Origin: Pelagomonas calceolata | Lineage: Eukaryota | Reading direction: 5' to 3' | DNA: 64,000 nt | Assembly: GCA_918797485.1 (NCBI GenBank) | Contig: CAKKNE010000004.1 | Coordinates: forward strand, 372,001 to 436,000 | In this document: positions 21,224 through 32,340 of the stretch, piece after piece | Layout of the letters: each line of letters opens with the position of its first letter | Numbering within the stretch: position 1 is the stretch's first letter | The notes under the pieces: generated by a model | The model's input: only the letters and a program-made list of their open reading frames with translations | Databases searched by the model: none | Told to the model about the DNA's origin: nothing | Program-made: the position numbers and the translations under genes

Positions 21224-22606
21224 TCAGAGCACCTTTTGCCCCTTCTCCGGAGCCTTGGAATCGTCCGGCGACGGCTTGGGGATCTTGAACGGAGTCCAGT
21301 TCGGGTCTTTCTTTTTCCCCTCCATCTCCGAGTCCCGGACTGGCGGAGACTCGTACTTCGGCTGGTCCTTGTAATTCGCCGTGAGAGGGTCCTTCTTCCG
21401 GGACCAGGCCCAGGCGCTCTTCGAGGTGCGCATGAGCTCCTCGTCGAAACCGACGGCCCGCGCCGGCGTGGCGACGGCCGCGGGCGCGGCGACGGTCTGA
21501 TCATCTAAAGCGGCGGCCGCCACGGCCCCCTGCAGGGGCGCCGCCTCGACGGTCTCATCATCTAAAGCGTCGGCCGCCACGTCCTCCTTCGGAGGCGCCT
21601 CCTCGACGATCGCATCATCATCATCTGAAGCGGCTGCCACGTCCTCCACGTCCTCCTGCAGAGACTCCGGCGACGCCGGCGACGGCCGGTCGTCGCGCAA
21701 GAGCGAGAACTTCGGCGCGAGCGCGCGACGGACACCCATGGATTCCGTCCGCGGCGTCACCCCTAACGTGTCACTACCCGCGGAGGGCGGTTCGACCAGG
21801 CGCTCGTAAGAGTGCCCGCGCGGCGACTCTAAAGCTAATTGTTCCGACGCCGACTGCGGCGCCGCCTCGATCTCGGGCAGCTGCCGGCCGGCTAACAGGC
21901 GGTTCATCCGCTTCATCTCCCGTTTCGCCTCCTCGCGATCCAGGCGCGCCTGCTCCAATTCCTCCAACATCTTCGCGTTGAACGCCATCTGCTCGTCGGC
22001 CCGCTGGTTGACGGTCTCCTTGATCTCCTTCTTGTTGTCCCTCCCTTCCGCGACGAGCACTTTCGACTGCGTGACGAGCACTTTCCCGACGCCATCCCTG
22101 ATGTCGGTCGCGGCCTCCACCACCGTCTTCTCGATCTTGTTCGTCTGCTGCTGCTGGCCCTCGCGGACCTTCTGGGTGATGATGTCCCCGACCGCGAACA
22201 TGTCCTGGCGCCGCTGCTCCCCTTCGGGGGTGTCCCGCTTGACAACGAGGGTCAGCACCGCGTCGAGGCCCGGGCAGTACGCGAAGATCGCCTGCCCCGC
22301 CGCCGCGCACCCCTTCTCTATGTCCTTCTTGGAGCCGAGGACCGTCTCGTGGAACTCGTAGTCCTTGATCTTCTTCTTCTTCGCGATTTCCTCCGCGAGG
22401 TCGCGCGCCGTGAAGTAGTTCTCGGATGCCGGGTCCTTGATCAGCAGCTGGAATCTGGACTCCGTGAGAAGTCCCGCGAACGCGCCGATGACGTCCCTCG
22501 CGTCCACCTTGGCGGCCTTGCAGACCGTGTACACGTCGTCGCGCGACTTGCCGGGCGCGAGCGTGGCCTTGCAGCACCACAACTCCTTCTTAGACGTTCC
22601 GAACAT
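21224..22606 (-). CDS. Hypothetical orphan protein (coiled coil plus acidic repeats)
   Basis: Long ORF with strong GC3 bias; no recognisable domain. Confidence 0.65.
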   Translation of the reverse strand: MFGTSKKELWCCKATLAPGKSRDDVYTVCKAAKVDARDVIGAFAGLLTESRFQLLIKDPASENYFTARDLAEEIAKKKKIKDYEFHETVLGSKKDIEKGCAAAGQAIFAYCPGLDAVLTLVVKRDTPEGEQRRQDMFAVGDIITQKVREGQQQQTNKIEKTVVEAATDIRDGVGKVLVTQSKVLVAEGRDNKKEIKETVNQRADEQMAFNAKMLEELEQARLDREEAKREMKRMNRLLAGRQLPEIEAAPQSASEQLALESPRGHSYERLVEPPSAGSDTLGVTPRTESMGVRRALAPKFSLLRDDRPSPASPESLQEDVEDVAAASDDDDAIVEEAPPKEDVAADALDDETVEAAPLQGAVAAAALDDQTVAAPAAVATPARAVGFDEELMRTSKSAWAWSRKKDPLTANYKDQPKYESPPVRDSEMEGKKKDPNWTPFKIPKPSPDDSKAPEKGQKVL

Positions 22607-23024
22607 GGTCCCTGTGAAGCACCAGGTGTACAATGAAAGTTCAGAGGCGGCCCCCGCGCCCCACGAAACGCAGCCCCCGCGCCGGGGCCACGGCCGCCGG
22701 TGCCGGGGCACCGGCGGCCGCGCCCAGCGGCCGCGCGCGGCCCGCCCGGGGCTGCCTCGAACCTGCTTCAACGAGCAGCGGCACTCAACGCGCCGATTTT
22801 GAAGGCGCTCTCGCGGCGCAGGCTAACTACAACGTACCTGGGGGTCCGGCGGCCTCGATTCTAGTGCGGGCAGCCTCCTGCCACCTAGATAACACGCTAA
22901 AGACGCGGCTCGACCTCGATGGCGGCTCTGCTAACCTACTAGGGGGAATTTCCGGTTACGGTCTCGGGCTGCCCCCCCTCTCCACCGCGACGCTCGGTAT
23001 TTGCTCTCAAGTCAACTGCGCGCG

Positions 23025-24455
23025 ATGGCTGCCCCGGAGCCGCAGCTCGCTGGTGTCCTGGGAGCGGCGGTAGACCAGATCGACGTGGACGAGAAGGTGG
23101 TGATCGTGCGCACGCTCAGGGTCCATGTCAACGTCGGCATGCTGGACTTGTACCGCAACGACGTCCGGAGGCTAGGCCTCGCGGTGCCGTGTGCCCATAA
23201 CAAGGGCGACACCCGCGTCTTCGTGGGCACCGCGTTTGCGCCTGAGGCGATGAAGTTCTTTGGGCCTCCGCCCGACGGCGCGGACGCCGAGGCGTACCTC
23301 CAGGAGTGCTACAAAATCTTGAACTCGCAGAAGAGCGTAGTCGACTACGTGAATTCGTGCGACGACAGAAAGAACGACCCCAAGAAGAAGTGGGTCTTCG
23401 GAACGCGCGAGAAGGAGCTCGGCGACTTCAACGAACTCTTGCTAGAATTCAAGGAGGCCTGCCCCATTTTCTTCGACGAGGAGACCGGTGCCCCCTTCTA
23501 CCAGGAGCAGAACTTCGCCGCGGCGTTCATCGACTGCATCAGGCGGCGCAACCCCGAGCTGAAGTGCAAGACCCACATCCAGAAGCTCTGCAAGAAGCGG
23601 CGCCTCCTGCGCAAGGCCGACGCCGTGGTGAAAGCCGCGCGGCGCGCCGACGCCGTGGCCGCGGCGACCGTGCTCGTCGCTCGCGGGCGCGTCGTCGACG
23701 CCGTGCTGGCGGCCGCGCGCGACCCGGCCGCCGCCGCGCTCGCGGAGCCCGCCGAAGAGCCCGCGCCCGACGCCGCGCCCGACGCGAACCAGCCGCCCGC
23801 GCCCGCGCCCGAAGCGCGGACGGCCGCCTCCCTGGGGTGGCCCGGCGGGACGGCGCCGGCGCCCGCCGCCGACCGCGAGCCGCGCCCCCTGGACGCGTCG
23901 CCGTCGCCGCGGGCGAAACAGAAGCGCCCCGGCGCGGCGCGGCGCCCGCCGCGCCACCGCGCCAACCCGCCCGGCGCGCGCGCGGCTGCGCGCCCGCGCC
24001 GCCGGGCGGCCGGCGGCGCGCCGGCGCGGGCGCTGCAGCCGTCGCCAGACACGAGCCCGTCGCCCGCGACGGAGGTGTCCGTTGGCGACGCGGACGCTGC
24101 CGAACTCCAGAGGATGCTGGCGACGGCCGAGGCGCGCGCCGCCGACGTGAAGAAGCGCGCCGACGGGCTCGGTGCTCAACTCGCCGAAGCCAAGACGCGG
24201 TGGAAGGCGGGCGACGAGCGCGCCAAAGCTGCCGAGGAGGAACGCGACCGGCTCAAGGTGCGCGCCGAAGCGCTCGCGGCGGATTTCGCCGCGGCCAACG
24301 CGTTCGCCGAGACGGCCAACGCGCGCGTCCGCGCGGCTGAACAGGACCGCGACCGACAGAAGGCGCGCGCCGACGCGGCCGAGGCGCGCGTCCGCGAGCT
24401 CGAGGAGAAGCTGAGGGACCGCGCGGACCGCGCCCTCGGCGACGACACCGAGTAG
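23025..24455 (+). CDS. Hypothetical orphan protein with a C-terminal coiled coil ending DRALGDDTE
   Basis: Long ORF with strong GC3 bias; C-terminus shared with 24859-25929. Confidence 0.65.
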   Translation: MAAPEPQLAGVLGAAVDQIDVDEKVVIVRTLRVHVNVGMLDLYRNDVRRLGLAVPCAHNKGDTRVFVGTAFAPEAMKFFGPPPDGADAEAYLQECYKILNSQKSVVDYVNSCDDRKNDPKKKWVFGTREKELGDFNELLLEFKEACPIFFDEETGAPFYQEQNFAAAFIDCIRRRNPELKCKTHIQKLCKKRRLLRKADAVVKAARRADAVAAATVLVARGRVVDAVLAAARDPAAAALAEPAEEPAPDAAPDANQPPAPAPEARTAASLGWPGGTAPAPAADREPRPLDASPSPRAKQKRPGAARRPPRHRANPPGARAAARPRRRAAGGAPARALQPSPDTSPSPATEVSVGDADAAELQRMLATAEARAADVKKRADGLGAQLAEAKTRWKAGDERAKAAEEERDRLKVRAEALAADFAAANAFAETANARVRAAEQDRDRQKARADAAEARVRELEEKLRDRADRALGDDTE

Positions 24456-24881
24456 CTCCACGCGCCTGCTGACGCTTTCCACCTCACGTTACGACCTCCC
24501 CCAAGTACTTAAGGACCTCACGTCTGAAGCCTCGTCATTTCTGCTCCGGGCTGGGTAGTACGTACATGCGGCTCCTGGCGTCGTCGATGAGCTCCATTTG
24601 TGCGCTTTGACGGTTCGTACCGCTGCCGCTAGTAGCACTAGCTTTTTGGAGCCTAAAACAATTCCTCGTCACATCGGTTTAAGGCAGCCCGTGCGCCGTC
24701 TACAGGCAATCAGACACCCGGGGGAGCCTCTAAACGACTCCACACCCCCTCGTTGCCATCCTGCTGCTCGCGCGCGACCGCTGCTGCGGCACACGCTGCG
24801 ACACAGGCCCACAAAACCAGCAAGCTCTTTTGCCCATCGTCGACGCAGGCCGTGCAAGATGCCCGTACCGATGGGCGACGA
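24371..24881 (+). repeat. ~500-bp direct repeat, copy 1 (gene 3' end + intergenic DNA + next gene start)
   Basis: Aligns by eye to 25845-26337, from CGACGCGGCCGAGGCGCGCG to CAAGATGCCCGTAC.GATGGGCGA. Confidence 0.92.
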
Positions 24882-25929
24882 AACCGACGACGAAATCGAC
24901 GACGGCGAGGATGAGCCGATACGACGCGGTTCCGCGGATATGATTCCGGCCGAGATGCGCGAGACGACGCAGGAGCTGCGGCGCCAGCTGCAGATCGAGA
25001 AGCAGGTGGCGCGCGACGCCGAGCGCGAGCGCGACGAGGTGTTGCGCGAGCTGAGGGCCATGCGCGCGGAGCAGGCTGCGCGGTACGATCGGTTGGCGGC
25101 CCTGAAAGCCAAGCTCGCGAAGGACCCGGAGAACCCCAGACCTACAGTGTCAGATCGGGTAGCGGCCCTGCGGGCCGAGGCGCGCGAGAAAACGGCGCAA
25201 CTAGCACAGGCGCATGATCGTGATCCTTCTCTCGACGATCTCGAGGCCGGAGTCACCTCCATGCAGGTCGGGCAGAAACGCGCTCGCATTGGGATCGAGG
25301 AGCGCAAAGATGTCGCGGAGCGGGATTATGCCTCGCTCGGGGCTCGGGTGCAAGAGCTCGACGAGACCGTCGCCGAGCTGCGCCGACAGTTGGAAACGGA
25401 GAAGAAGGCCAATCACGAGGCCCTCGTGACGTGCATGCGCGGGCGCACCAAGGCCGAGGAATATAACAAGGTTTTAGTGAAGCTGGTCGCCGCTTACGAG
25501 CGTGTGACCCCTCCGGAGAAGATCGCGCCGATCGCCGCTCGGATCTGGGCGCGCGCGCCCACGGTACCGGGCGGTGCCGCGACGGCGCCCGAGTCCGACG
25601 AAGCGGATCCCGGGGATAAGCGCCCCGTCCCGCCTGGACAGGAGGCCCAGAAGGTCAAGAAGCCCAAATTGGCCGCGCCGACGCCGTCGGGAATGGAGTT
25701 GGCGGAAACGTGCCTAGACCGCGACGCTGCACCGGAGAAGCCCACCACCGTGAGCTCCGATGAGCGCATACGCGCCGTCGAGGACCGCCTCGCGAAGCAG
25801 GCGAGCAGACACGAGAGAGAGATGGAGGCGCTTCATGTGGCGTGCGACGCGGCCGAGGCGCGCGCCCGCAAGCTCGAGGAGCAGCTGAAGAACCGTGCGG
25901 ACCGCGCCCTCGGCGACGACACCGAGTAG
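24859..25929 (+). CDS. Hypothetical coiled-coil protein, both ends encoded by the ~500-bp repeat
   Basis: Starts MPVPMGD in repeat copy 1 and ends DRALGDDTE in copy 2. Confidence 0.65.
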   Translation: MPVPMGDETDDEIDDGEDEPIRRGSADMIPAEMRETTQELRRQLQIEKQVARDAERERDEVLRELRAMRAEQAARYDRLAALKAKLAKDPENPRPTVSDRVAALRAEAREKTAQLAQAHDRDPSLDDLEAGVTSMQVGQKRARIGIEERKDVAERDYASLGARVQELDETVAELRRQLETEKKANHEALVTCMRGRTKAEEYNKVLVKLVAAYERVTPPEKIAPIAARIWARAPTVPGGAATAPESDEADPGDKRPVPPGQEAQKVKKPKLAAPTPSGMELAETCLDRDAAPEKPTTVSSDERIRAVEDRLAKQASRHEREMEALHVACDAAEARARKLEEQLKNRADRALGDDTE

Positions 25930-26337
25930 TTCCACGCGCCTGCTGACGCTTTCCACCCCACGTTACGACCTCCCCCAAGTACTAAGGACGCTGAGCCTAG
26001 TAATTTCTGATCCGGGCCGGGTAGTACGTACATACGCCTCGTGGCGTCGCCAATGAGCTCTCTTTGTGGGCCTTGACGGCTCGACCAGTAGCACTAGCTT
26101 TTTGGTTGCAAAGCCTTCTCTCTCGTCACATCGGTTTAAGGCAGCCCGCGCGCCGTCTACAGGCAATCAGACACCCGGGCAGCCTCTAAACGACTCCACG
26201 CGCCCCCGTCGCCATTCTTCTGCTCGCGCGCGACCGCTGCTGCGGCACACGCTGCGACACAGGCCCACAAAACCAGCAAGCTCTTTTGCCCATCGTCGAC
26301 GCAGGCCGTGCAAGATGCCCGTACTGATGGGCGATGA
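25845..26337 (+). repeat. ~500-bp direct repeat, copy 2
   Basis: Highly similar to 24371-24881. Confidence 0.92.
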
Positions 26338-27742
26338 CGACGGCAGTTGGAGGAGGGGCAGTACGGAGGAGGGGCAGTTGGAGGAGCAGTTGGAGGACAT
26401 GCGCTTCGACCGCGATTGCGCGCGCGCGACCATCGCGGAACAAGACAAGCGCATCCTAATGTTGGAGGAACAGTTGGCAGAGGCGCGCAAGGCCCTCGAC
26501 GCGCACGACGACGCCGATCGGCTCTACGCGATACCTTCAATACAAGATACTCTGTCGGACGACGTGAAGGAGACTCACCATGCCCTGCTCTCGGATGATG
26601 TGGTGTTTCTCCTGTTGTCGCGGCTCGCTCTCTCGGACGGCACTGGGGCGGCCGCGGCCTGTAAGATATGGCAGTCTCAGTGGAAGCGGCGATGCGCGGG
26701 CATGCTGCGCCTGGCCAGGCATCGCGTCGGAACTTTTGAGTTTTGCCAACACGTTGTCGCCAACCCCGGCGGAGGCGTGATTGTCTCAGACTATCACAAA
26801 TCACGACTCATGGTGTTTTCGCCGGAGGGCGAATCCCTGGGCGCATTCCAATCCCCTCGTATAATCTGGACGCCAGGTGCGGTGGCGCTCCTCGGCGACG
26901 AGAGCAATACGGCCTGGGTACTAGACGAAGACAGGGAACGCCTCATCTGCGTGCGATTAGGCGATGCCATGGGGGGTGACAAGATTCTAACGCCGTCCGA
27001 CCGCATCGTTAGTCCGGTTATGGACTATAAATGCCCCAAGGCCCTCGCCCTTAGTCCCGGTGGTGAATTCCTGCTCGCAATAGTTAACGATTGGGTCGGT
27101 GAAGTTCTCGTGCTCAACTCTCGAGATGGAACTCTTGTGAGCCGCTTCGGCGAAGAGGAAGATGATACGTTCGGAAACTTACATTCACCTTGCAGCCTGG
27201 CGGTCCAGGACGATTACTGCTTCGTCGCCGATACGTACAATCAACGAGTCAGTGTCTTCAACTGGCGCAGCCAGACCTGGGTGCGCTGCTTTGGACGGCG
27301 AGGCGCGTTCCTCCACCACCGTACTTGGACATCTGACCCGGAAATTCCGCATCCGTACTGGTTCGATTCGGAAATGAGCAATGGCGACGCCGAATATGAA
27401 GATGAACGCAAAGGAACTGGGCCGGGCGAGTTCATTGAACCCGTTGGCGTCGCGGTGCATGGCAACACGCTATATGTTTCTGAATTAGTCGGTCGCAGGA
27501 TCCAGGTCATGCGGCTGCCCGAGAATATCCTCGATTTGTCCTCAGAGCCGCAGGTGTTGCAGATTATCCCGGCGCCCGGTGGTCAACGGCTAGGTGGTCT
27601 TTGTGTCGACGGTGAGCGGTTGTGGTGCGCGGGCCCTCTCTCTATTTACACTGAGCTTGGTAAACCCCCCAAATACACCTACGTGAGCCTGTTTTCGCCG
27701 TTTAGCGGAGACGAGCAAGGACCGCGACCGCGCGCGGCCTAA
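26315..27742 (+). CDS. Chimeric coiled-coil + F-box-like + NHL protein, copy 2
   Basis: Starts MPVLMGD in the repeat; from ~26533 it is a close paralog of 19225-20393. Confidence 0.8.
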   Translation: MPVLMGDDDGSWRRGSTEEGQLEEQLEDMRFDRDCARATIAEQDKRILMLEEQLAEARKALDAHDDADRLYAIPSIQDTLSDDVKETHHALLSDDVVFLLLSRLALSDGTGAAAACKIWQSQWKRRCAGMLRLARHRVGTFEFCQHVVANPGGGVIVSDYHKSRLMVFSPEGESLGAFQSPRIIWTPGAVALLGDESNTAWVLDEDRERLICVRLGDAMGGDKILTPSDRIVSPVMDYKCPKALALSPGGEFLLAIVNDWVGEVLVLNSRDGTLVSRFGEEEDDTFGNLHSPCSLAVQDDYCFVADTYNQRVSVFNWRSQTWVRCFGRRGAFLHHRTWTSDPEIPHPYWFDSEMSNGDAEYEDERKGTGPGEFIEPVGVAVHGNTLYVSELVGRRIQVMRLPENILDLSSEPQVLQIIPAPGGQRLGGLCVDGERLWCAGPLSIYTELGKPPKYTYVSLFSPFSGDEQGPRPRAA

Positions 27743-28011
27743 GCACGCGACGACGCCAACCAGCAAGGCCCGCCCCCGTCGTCCGCCTAGGCCGCCGGCA
27801 CCCCTTCCCTTCCCCCCGCGTAAGGACCTCGACTATCGAATCACTATTATTAGCACGTTAACTCTGGGACCGCTGCCGGCCCGCGGGTCGGGAAACTCCG
27901 CCCGGCGTAGTAGTACAGCACACACGTGGGGCAACACAACGACAAGGTCTTGGGTCGGGAGGAGGCACAGTGCGGGGAAAGGGGGAAAGGGGATCGTGGT
28001 CTTCTTGTGGT

Positions 28012-30056
28012 CTAGAGCGCCGCGCCCGTGCGCGGCTCGACGGCCTTGGCCGCGGCGCGCGCCTCGAGCATCAAGCGGTGCTCGAAGCGCGACAGCGGTT
28101 CGTTGTTCGTGTCGACGACGAAGTCCGACGGCGGCAGGATCTCGAACTGGTCTTCCGTGACGCCGGCGCCCATGGACGCCGTCGACGCGCCGCCGCCGGT
28201 GGCGACGGCCTGCATGCGGTCCATGAGTTCCGCGCCGGACCAGGTCTGGTGTTTTAGTATCGAAGCGCCGATGGCCTTCTCCTCTCTTTGCACATCTTCG
28301 ACGTAGGCCTTCATGCCCACATCGGCGAAGCGGCGCACGTACTTCTCCGTCGCTAAACCGTTCGTGTGGAAGCCCGCGAGCGTCGTGAACTGCCAGACGT
28401 AGCCCGCCTTCGCGAGGTCGTCGGTGAAGGCCTCGATTTCTTCATCGTTGTTGAAGACGCCGGGCGCGTCCCAGTTGAAGGACGGCGACAGGTTGTAGGC
28501 GAGCATCTGGTCCGGGAAGTCGGCGCGGACGTTCCGGGCGAAGTCGCGCGCTTGTTCGACGTCCGGCGTCGCCGTCTCCATCCACAGCAGATCCGAGTGG
28601 GGCGCGAAGGCCTTGGCGCGCTCCGTGGCGTACTCCGTCGACGGCGCGACGCGGTAGTAGCCCTCTCTAGCTCGAGGCGCCTCCCAATCAAAGTAGGGTT
28701 CGAAGCCTAAGATCTTCGAGGCTTCAATCTTCATCTGTTGCAAGTTCTTGCCCTTCGTCACGAGGTCCCAGTGAAGCTTATCAGCGTCCAGCAAGGCATC
28801 TCGCACTAACTCCGGGAACGTCTTGAGCTGGGCGCTCTCGATCCAGGTCGCGCCGGCTTGATCGCCGCAGCGGCCCTGGGCCTTCTCGTTGGCGACGTGC
28901 TCGTCGAAGGTGCACTCGAGCTGCTTGGTCGCGCCGAGGATGAAGGGGTGGTCCCGGGCGTCGATCGTCGACGTGAGGAACGTCGCGGCCTCGGCGTCCG
29001 TTCTGGCAATAATGAGGGTCGAGGAGCCCATCACGTCGCACTGGAGGCGTGCGGCGTTGAGGCGGTCGGCGTGCTCGCGCATGGGCACGAGGACCTTGCC
29101 GCCCATGTGGCCGCACTTCTTCGTGCCCGGGGACCTGTGTAAAGTAGCGTGAGTCGCGGCGATGGCGTGCCTCGCAAGCGCGCATTGATAGCGTCGACGG
29201 CGCCGCGACGCCGTCGCCCCAACAATCGAAGCCCAATCACGACACGGAACACCGACTGGTCCTCGAAGTGCACGCCCGCGGCCCCGGCCTCGACCATGAG
29301 CTGCGTGAGCTTCATGACCGCGGTTAATCCACCGTGGCCGGTATCACCATCAGCAACAATCGGCGTCAAGTAATCGACGTCTTGCCCGCTCGAAAAAGCC
29401 CGGCGGTCGTGGTGCTTCAGGGCCTTGAACAATTGGTCGACCTTCTTGGGCACCGTATCATAAGGATAGTCCGCGAAATCAGGACCGGGCTCGTTGCTCG
29501 AGGACGACGTCGACGAGCACTGCCAGCCGCTCACATAGATGGACGTGAGCTTGGGCGCCATGGTTGCGGCCTGGACGGGGTCGAGGGCGCCATACGTGCG
29601 CGAGTGGCCGCCCGTGTTGGCGCACAGGTCCAAGGTCTCAAACAACTTCTGGGCCGTCGCGTCCTGGTACGGCGCTTCTCCTTGTAAAGTGCCGCGCATG
29701 GCTACCACATCTTGGGCGGAATAGGGTCGTTCGACGCCCTTCCAGCGGGGCTCCTGCCACTTGGCTTCGAGCGCGGCGACCTGTGTTAGTAAGTGTTTGT
29801 GGGGCGCCGCGGCGGCGTCGCGGCGGTTGCGCGGCGCGCGCAGCGGTGCGCAGTCGTCTCGTCCTTCGCGCGCGGCGGCGGTGGCGTCGCGTTGCGGAAA
29901 TCGAATTCTGGCCGCGTTCTCGCGGGCAACGAGGCTTGAAGTGTCGTGCAAACGCGGTCGTGGCACCTCGGCGGCAACGTCGCGCGTTGGCGGCGGCAAC
30001 CGCGGCGTGTGCCCGGCCTTGCGAGTGCTGGTTGATAGTACGCGCGCGAGTCTCAT
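28012..30056 (-). CDS. ICL: Isocitrate lyase; introns 29781-29966 and 29135-29256
   Basis: [58 protein letters not shown]; intron 1 ends TACTAACACAG. Confidence 0.95.
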
Positions 30057-30489
30057 TGCAAAAGTGTGCTGTGGTTGTCGGAGAGCGTGATGCGCGCGTT
30101 TAAATTGCGCGTAAAGCTGCGAGTAGGGCGGCTGGCTGGCCCTTACCGTGATGCGCAAGTTTGCGCGAGTGCTGTTGTCGATGGCGATGCGCACAGAGGC
30201 AGCGCTCAACTTTGTCGATGAGCTCCAAAAAATCGAGGTGTTCTGATCAGCTGAATGACAAGGACTCTGGCAGTTTGCTGCTGCTTGTGAAGTTGCCGTG
30301 CCAACTCGTCGCAAAAGGCCCGTGGAGCTCGGAATCGTGCCGCCAGACATCACCCCGTGGTCTGGTGGCCGCGCGGGAGACCGCGACGCACTCGATTGCC
30401 ACTGGCGGCGCCAGGAGCCCTCGCGGCGAAGCTCAGACGACTCCCTGGGGCGCCGCGGACCGCGTTTCGGACGGCTCAGATTTAACCGG

Positions 30490-30512
30490 CTAGCGGCATG
30501 TAAGACACTAGC
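30490..30512 (+). promoter_or_regulatory. Bipartite CTAGC..ACACTAGC upstream motif
   Basis: CTAGCGGCATGTAAGACACTAGC between divergent ICL and lipase genes. Confidence 0.65.
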
Positions 30513-30614
30513 CAGCCAGCCATGCCGGAGAGCAAGTCTGCGTGGCGGCCCCATACCGCATCACTGGCAAGTGAAATCACCTGGTTTCCTTCTCATTGAT
30601 CAGATCCTCCAGCG

Positions 30615-32336
30615 ATGCGTTGTTGGCTGCTCGCCACAACTGCGCTAGCGCTCGTGCCACTGCGCCAGAGGAGCCACAGGCCACCCACGCGACGACGAGC
30701 GGAACCGCAGCGCTTCCCCTTCGCGAGCCCATTCCCGTTCGGCCGGCCGACGAATAGCACGCAAAATGCAGCGCCGCCGCCGGCCGCTTCCACAAATGCG
30801 AACGGGCCGCAGCTGCCGTTCGCCAGTCCCTTCCCCTTTGGCGGCGCCGACGAGGCGCCGACCGCGAACGGCCAGCGGACGGCGGCGTGGCGCCTCCCCT
30901 TCGACGATTCAAGGGTGGACACGGTCCTGAAGGCGCTGCCCGTCGACGCGGCCCAGCTTTTGCCTGCTTTACAACGGTTCCGGGAGCGCGCCGAGGGCGA
31001 TAACTACGAGCTGATACAACAAGTGAGTAGGCAGGCCGAGCGCGCCCTCTCGGGTGAAAACCCTCTCAAGCTCGCGCAGGGTGTCCTGGGCGGCGCGCTC
31101 GCGGAGCGTTTACCGTCGAACGTCGATCCGCGCTCGAGGGCCTTGGCCGAGAAGCTGCTGCGGGACGTCGACGCCTACCCCGAAGCGGCGTTTCCTTCTG
31201 ATTTAGTCCAGACGGTCTCGCTCGACGACGAGCGGCCGTTCCTGGAGGGGGCGACGCTCTGCGCGTCGCTATCTTCCGCTGTATATGCGAACGCGAACGC
31301 GAGGGCCGCGCTGCGAAGTCTGGGAAGGGCCCACGTCGCGTCGGGACGGACCCACGACGTCGCCTGGTCAATTGTGGATGGCGTGCGCGACGGGAGGCTG
31401 GAGCGGCACGTTGTTTTGCGAGGCTTCGACGCGTCCGACGACACGGGCGACAACGTCCTCCTCGTCAAGCGGGTATTGTGCGCGCGGCCCGTGCCGATTC
31501 CTCTCGATACGCAAGCGTTTCCTAGGAGTTGGGACGCCGTCGATAACTATAGAAGTGACGAGAACGTCCCGGAGGTCGTAGCCCACGCGGGCTTCCTGTT
31601 CCTGGCCGAGGCTTTGTTAGATGATCTGGCGCCGTACCTAGATGTAGCTCCAGAGCACAATCTGATCTTCACGGGCCATTCGATCGGCGGCGCTTTAGCT
31701 GGTTTATGTACCGTGCTAGCAAGAACGAGAGACGACGATAGAATTTTAACAAAACCATCAGCGGTCGTCTTCGCGCCGCTGCCCTGCCTCAAAAGTAGTG
31801 AAGACACGGTGCTCGCCGCTCTAGATTTAGACGAGACGGTGGTGCGAAGCTTCGTCCAGCCCTGGGATCCTTTAGTGAGATGGTTCACGGAACATGACCC
31901 TTGCTATCCGTTGGTGGCCGATTCGCTCGACGACGACATTTATACGCTGTTTGCTTCCGGGCCTCCTCGTGTTCTGAGGAATGTGGCGCGGGCCATCTTA
32001 GCCGCGGCCGAGGACTGGCCGGCCGTGCGGTCTGTGTACCTACAAGAGGCGAACCAGACGTTCGATCATTTGGGAGAGGCGCATTTACTGATGCCGGCGC
32101 AAGCAGCAAGGTACTTGGCGGATAGACTTTTTGCATTAGTTGTGGACGTGCCGGAGACAATAATATTAGTACGGTGCGCCGCGTCCGATTTACCGGAAGC
32201 GCTGGACCACGCGTTCAAGCTCGAGGAGTTCTCTATATCATTGGCGCCAGCGGGCCTGCGGTCCTTCATCCACCACTTCCACCCCGCCTACTCGGCGCCG
32301 CTCGAGGAGCTCGTGTCGCCCAGTGGTGGCGACTAG
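30615..32336 (+). CDS. Class-3 lipase-like alpha/beta hydrolase with signal peptide (3' end may be spliced)
   Basis: AHAGF and FTGHSIGG (GxSxG) motifs. Confidence 0.8.
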   Translation: MRCWLLATTALALVPLRQRSHRPPTRRRAEPQRFPFASPFPFGRPTNSTQNAAPPPAASTNANGPQLPFASPFPFGGADEAPTANGQRTAAWRLPFDDSRVDTVLKALPVDAAQLLPALQRFRERAEGDNYELIQQVSRQAERALSGENPLKLAQGVLGGALAERLPSNVDPRSRALAEKLLRDVDAYPEAAFPSDLVQTVSLDDERPFLEGATLCASLSSAVYANANARAALRSLGRAHVASGRTHDVAWSIVDGVRDGRLERHVVLRGFDASDDTGDNVLLVKRVLCARPVPIPLDTQAFPRSWDAVDNYRSDENVPEVVAHAGFLFLAEALLDDLAPYLDVAPEHNLIFTGHSIGGALAGLCTVLARTRDDDRILTKPSAVVFAPLPCLKSSEDTVLAALDLDETVVRSFVQPWDPLVRWFTEHDPCYPLVADSLDDDIYTLFASGPPRVLRNVARAILAAAEDWPAVRSVYLQEANQTFDHLGEAHLLMPAQAARYLADRLFALVVDVPETIILVRCAASDLPEALDHAFKLEEFSISLAPAGLRSFIHHFHPAYSAPLEELVSPSGGD

Positions 32337-32340
32337 ACTT

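Noticed and set aside
21224..25929. Endogenous virus or autonomous transposon
   Set aside because: No capsid, polymerase, integrase, transposase or RT motifs and no terminal repeats recognised; kept only as an orphan/duplication block
7218..30554. Long N-terminal extensions of track ORFs (helicase to 9338, ICL to 30554, APEH to 19085)
   Set aside because: Arise from non-ATG or upstream in-frame starts in stop-poor GC-rich leaders; downstream ATGs match homolog starts or targeting peptides
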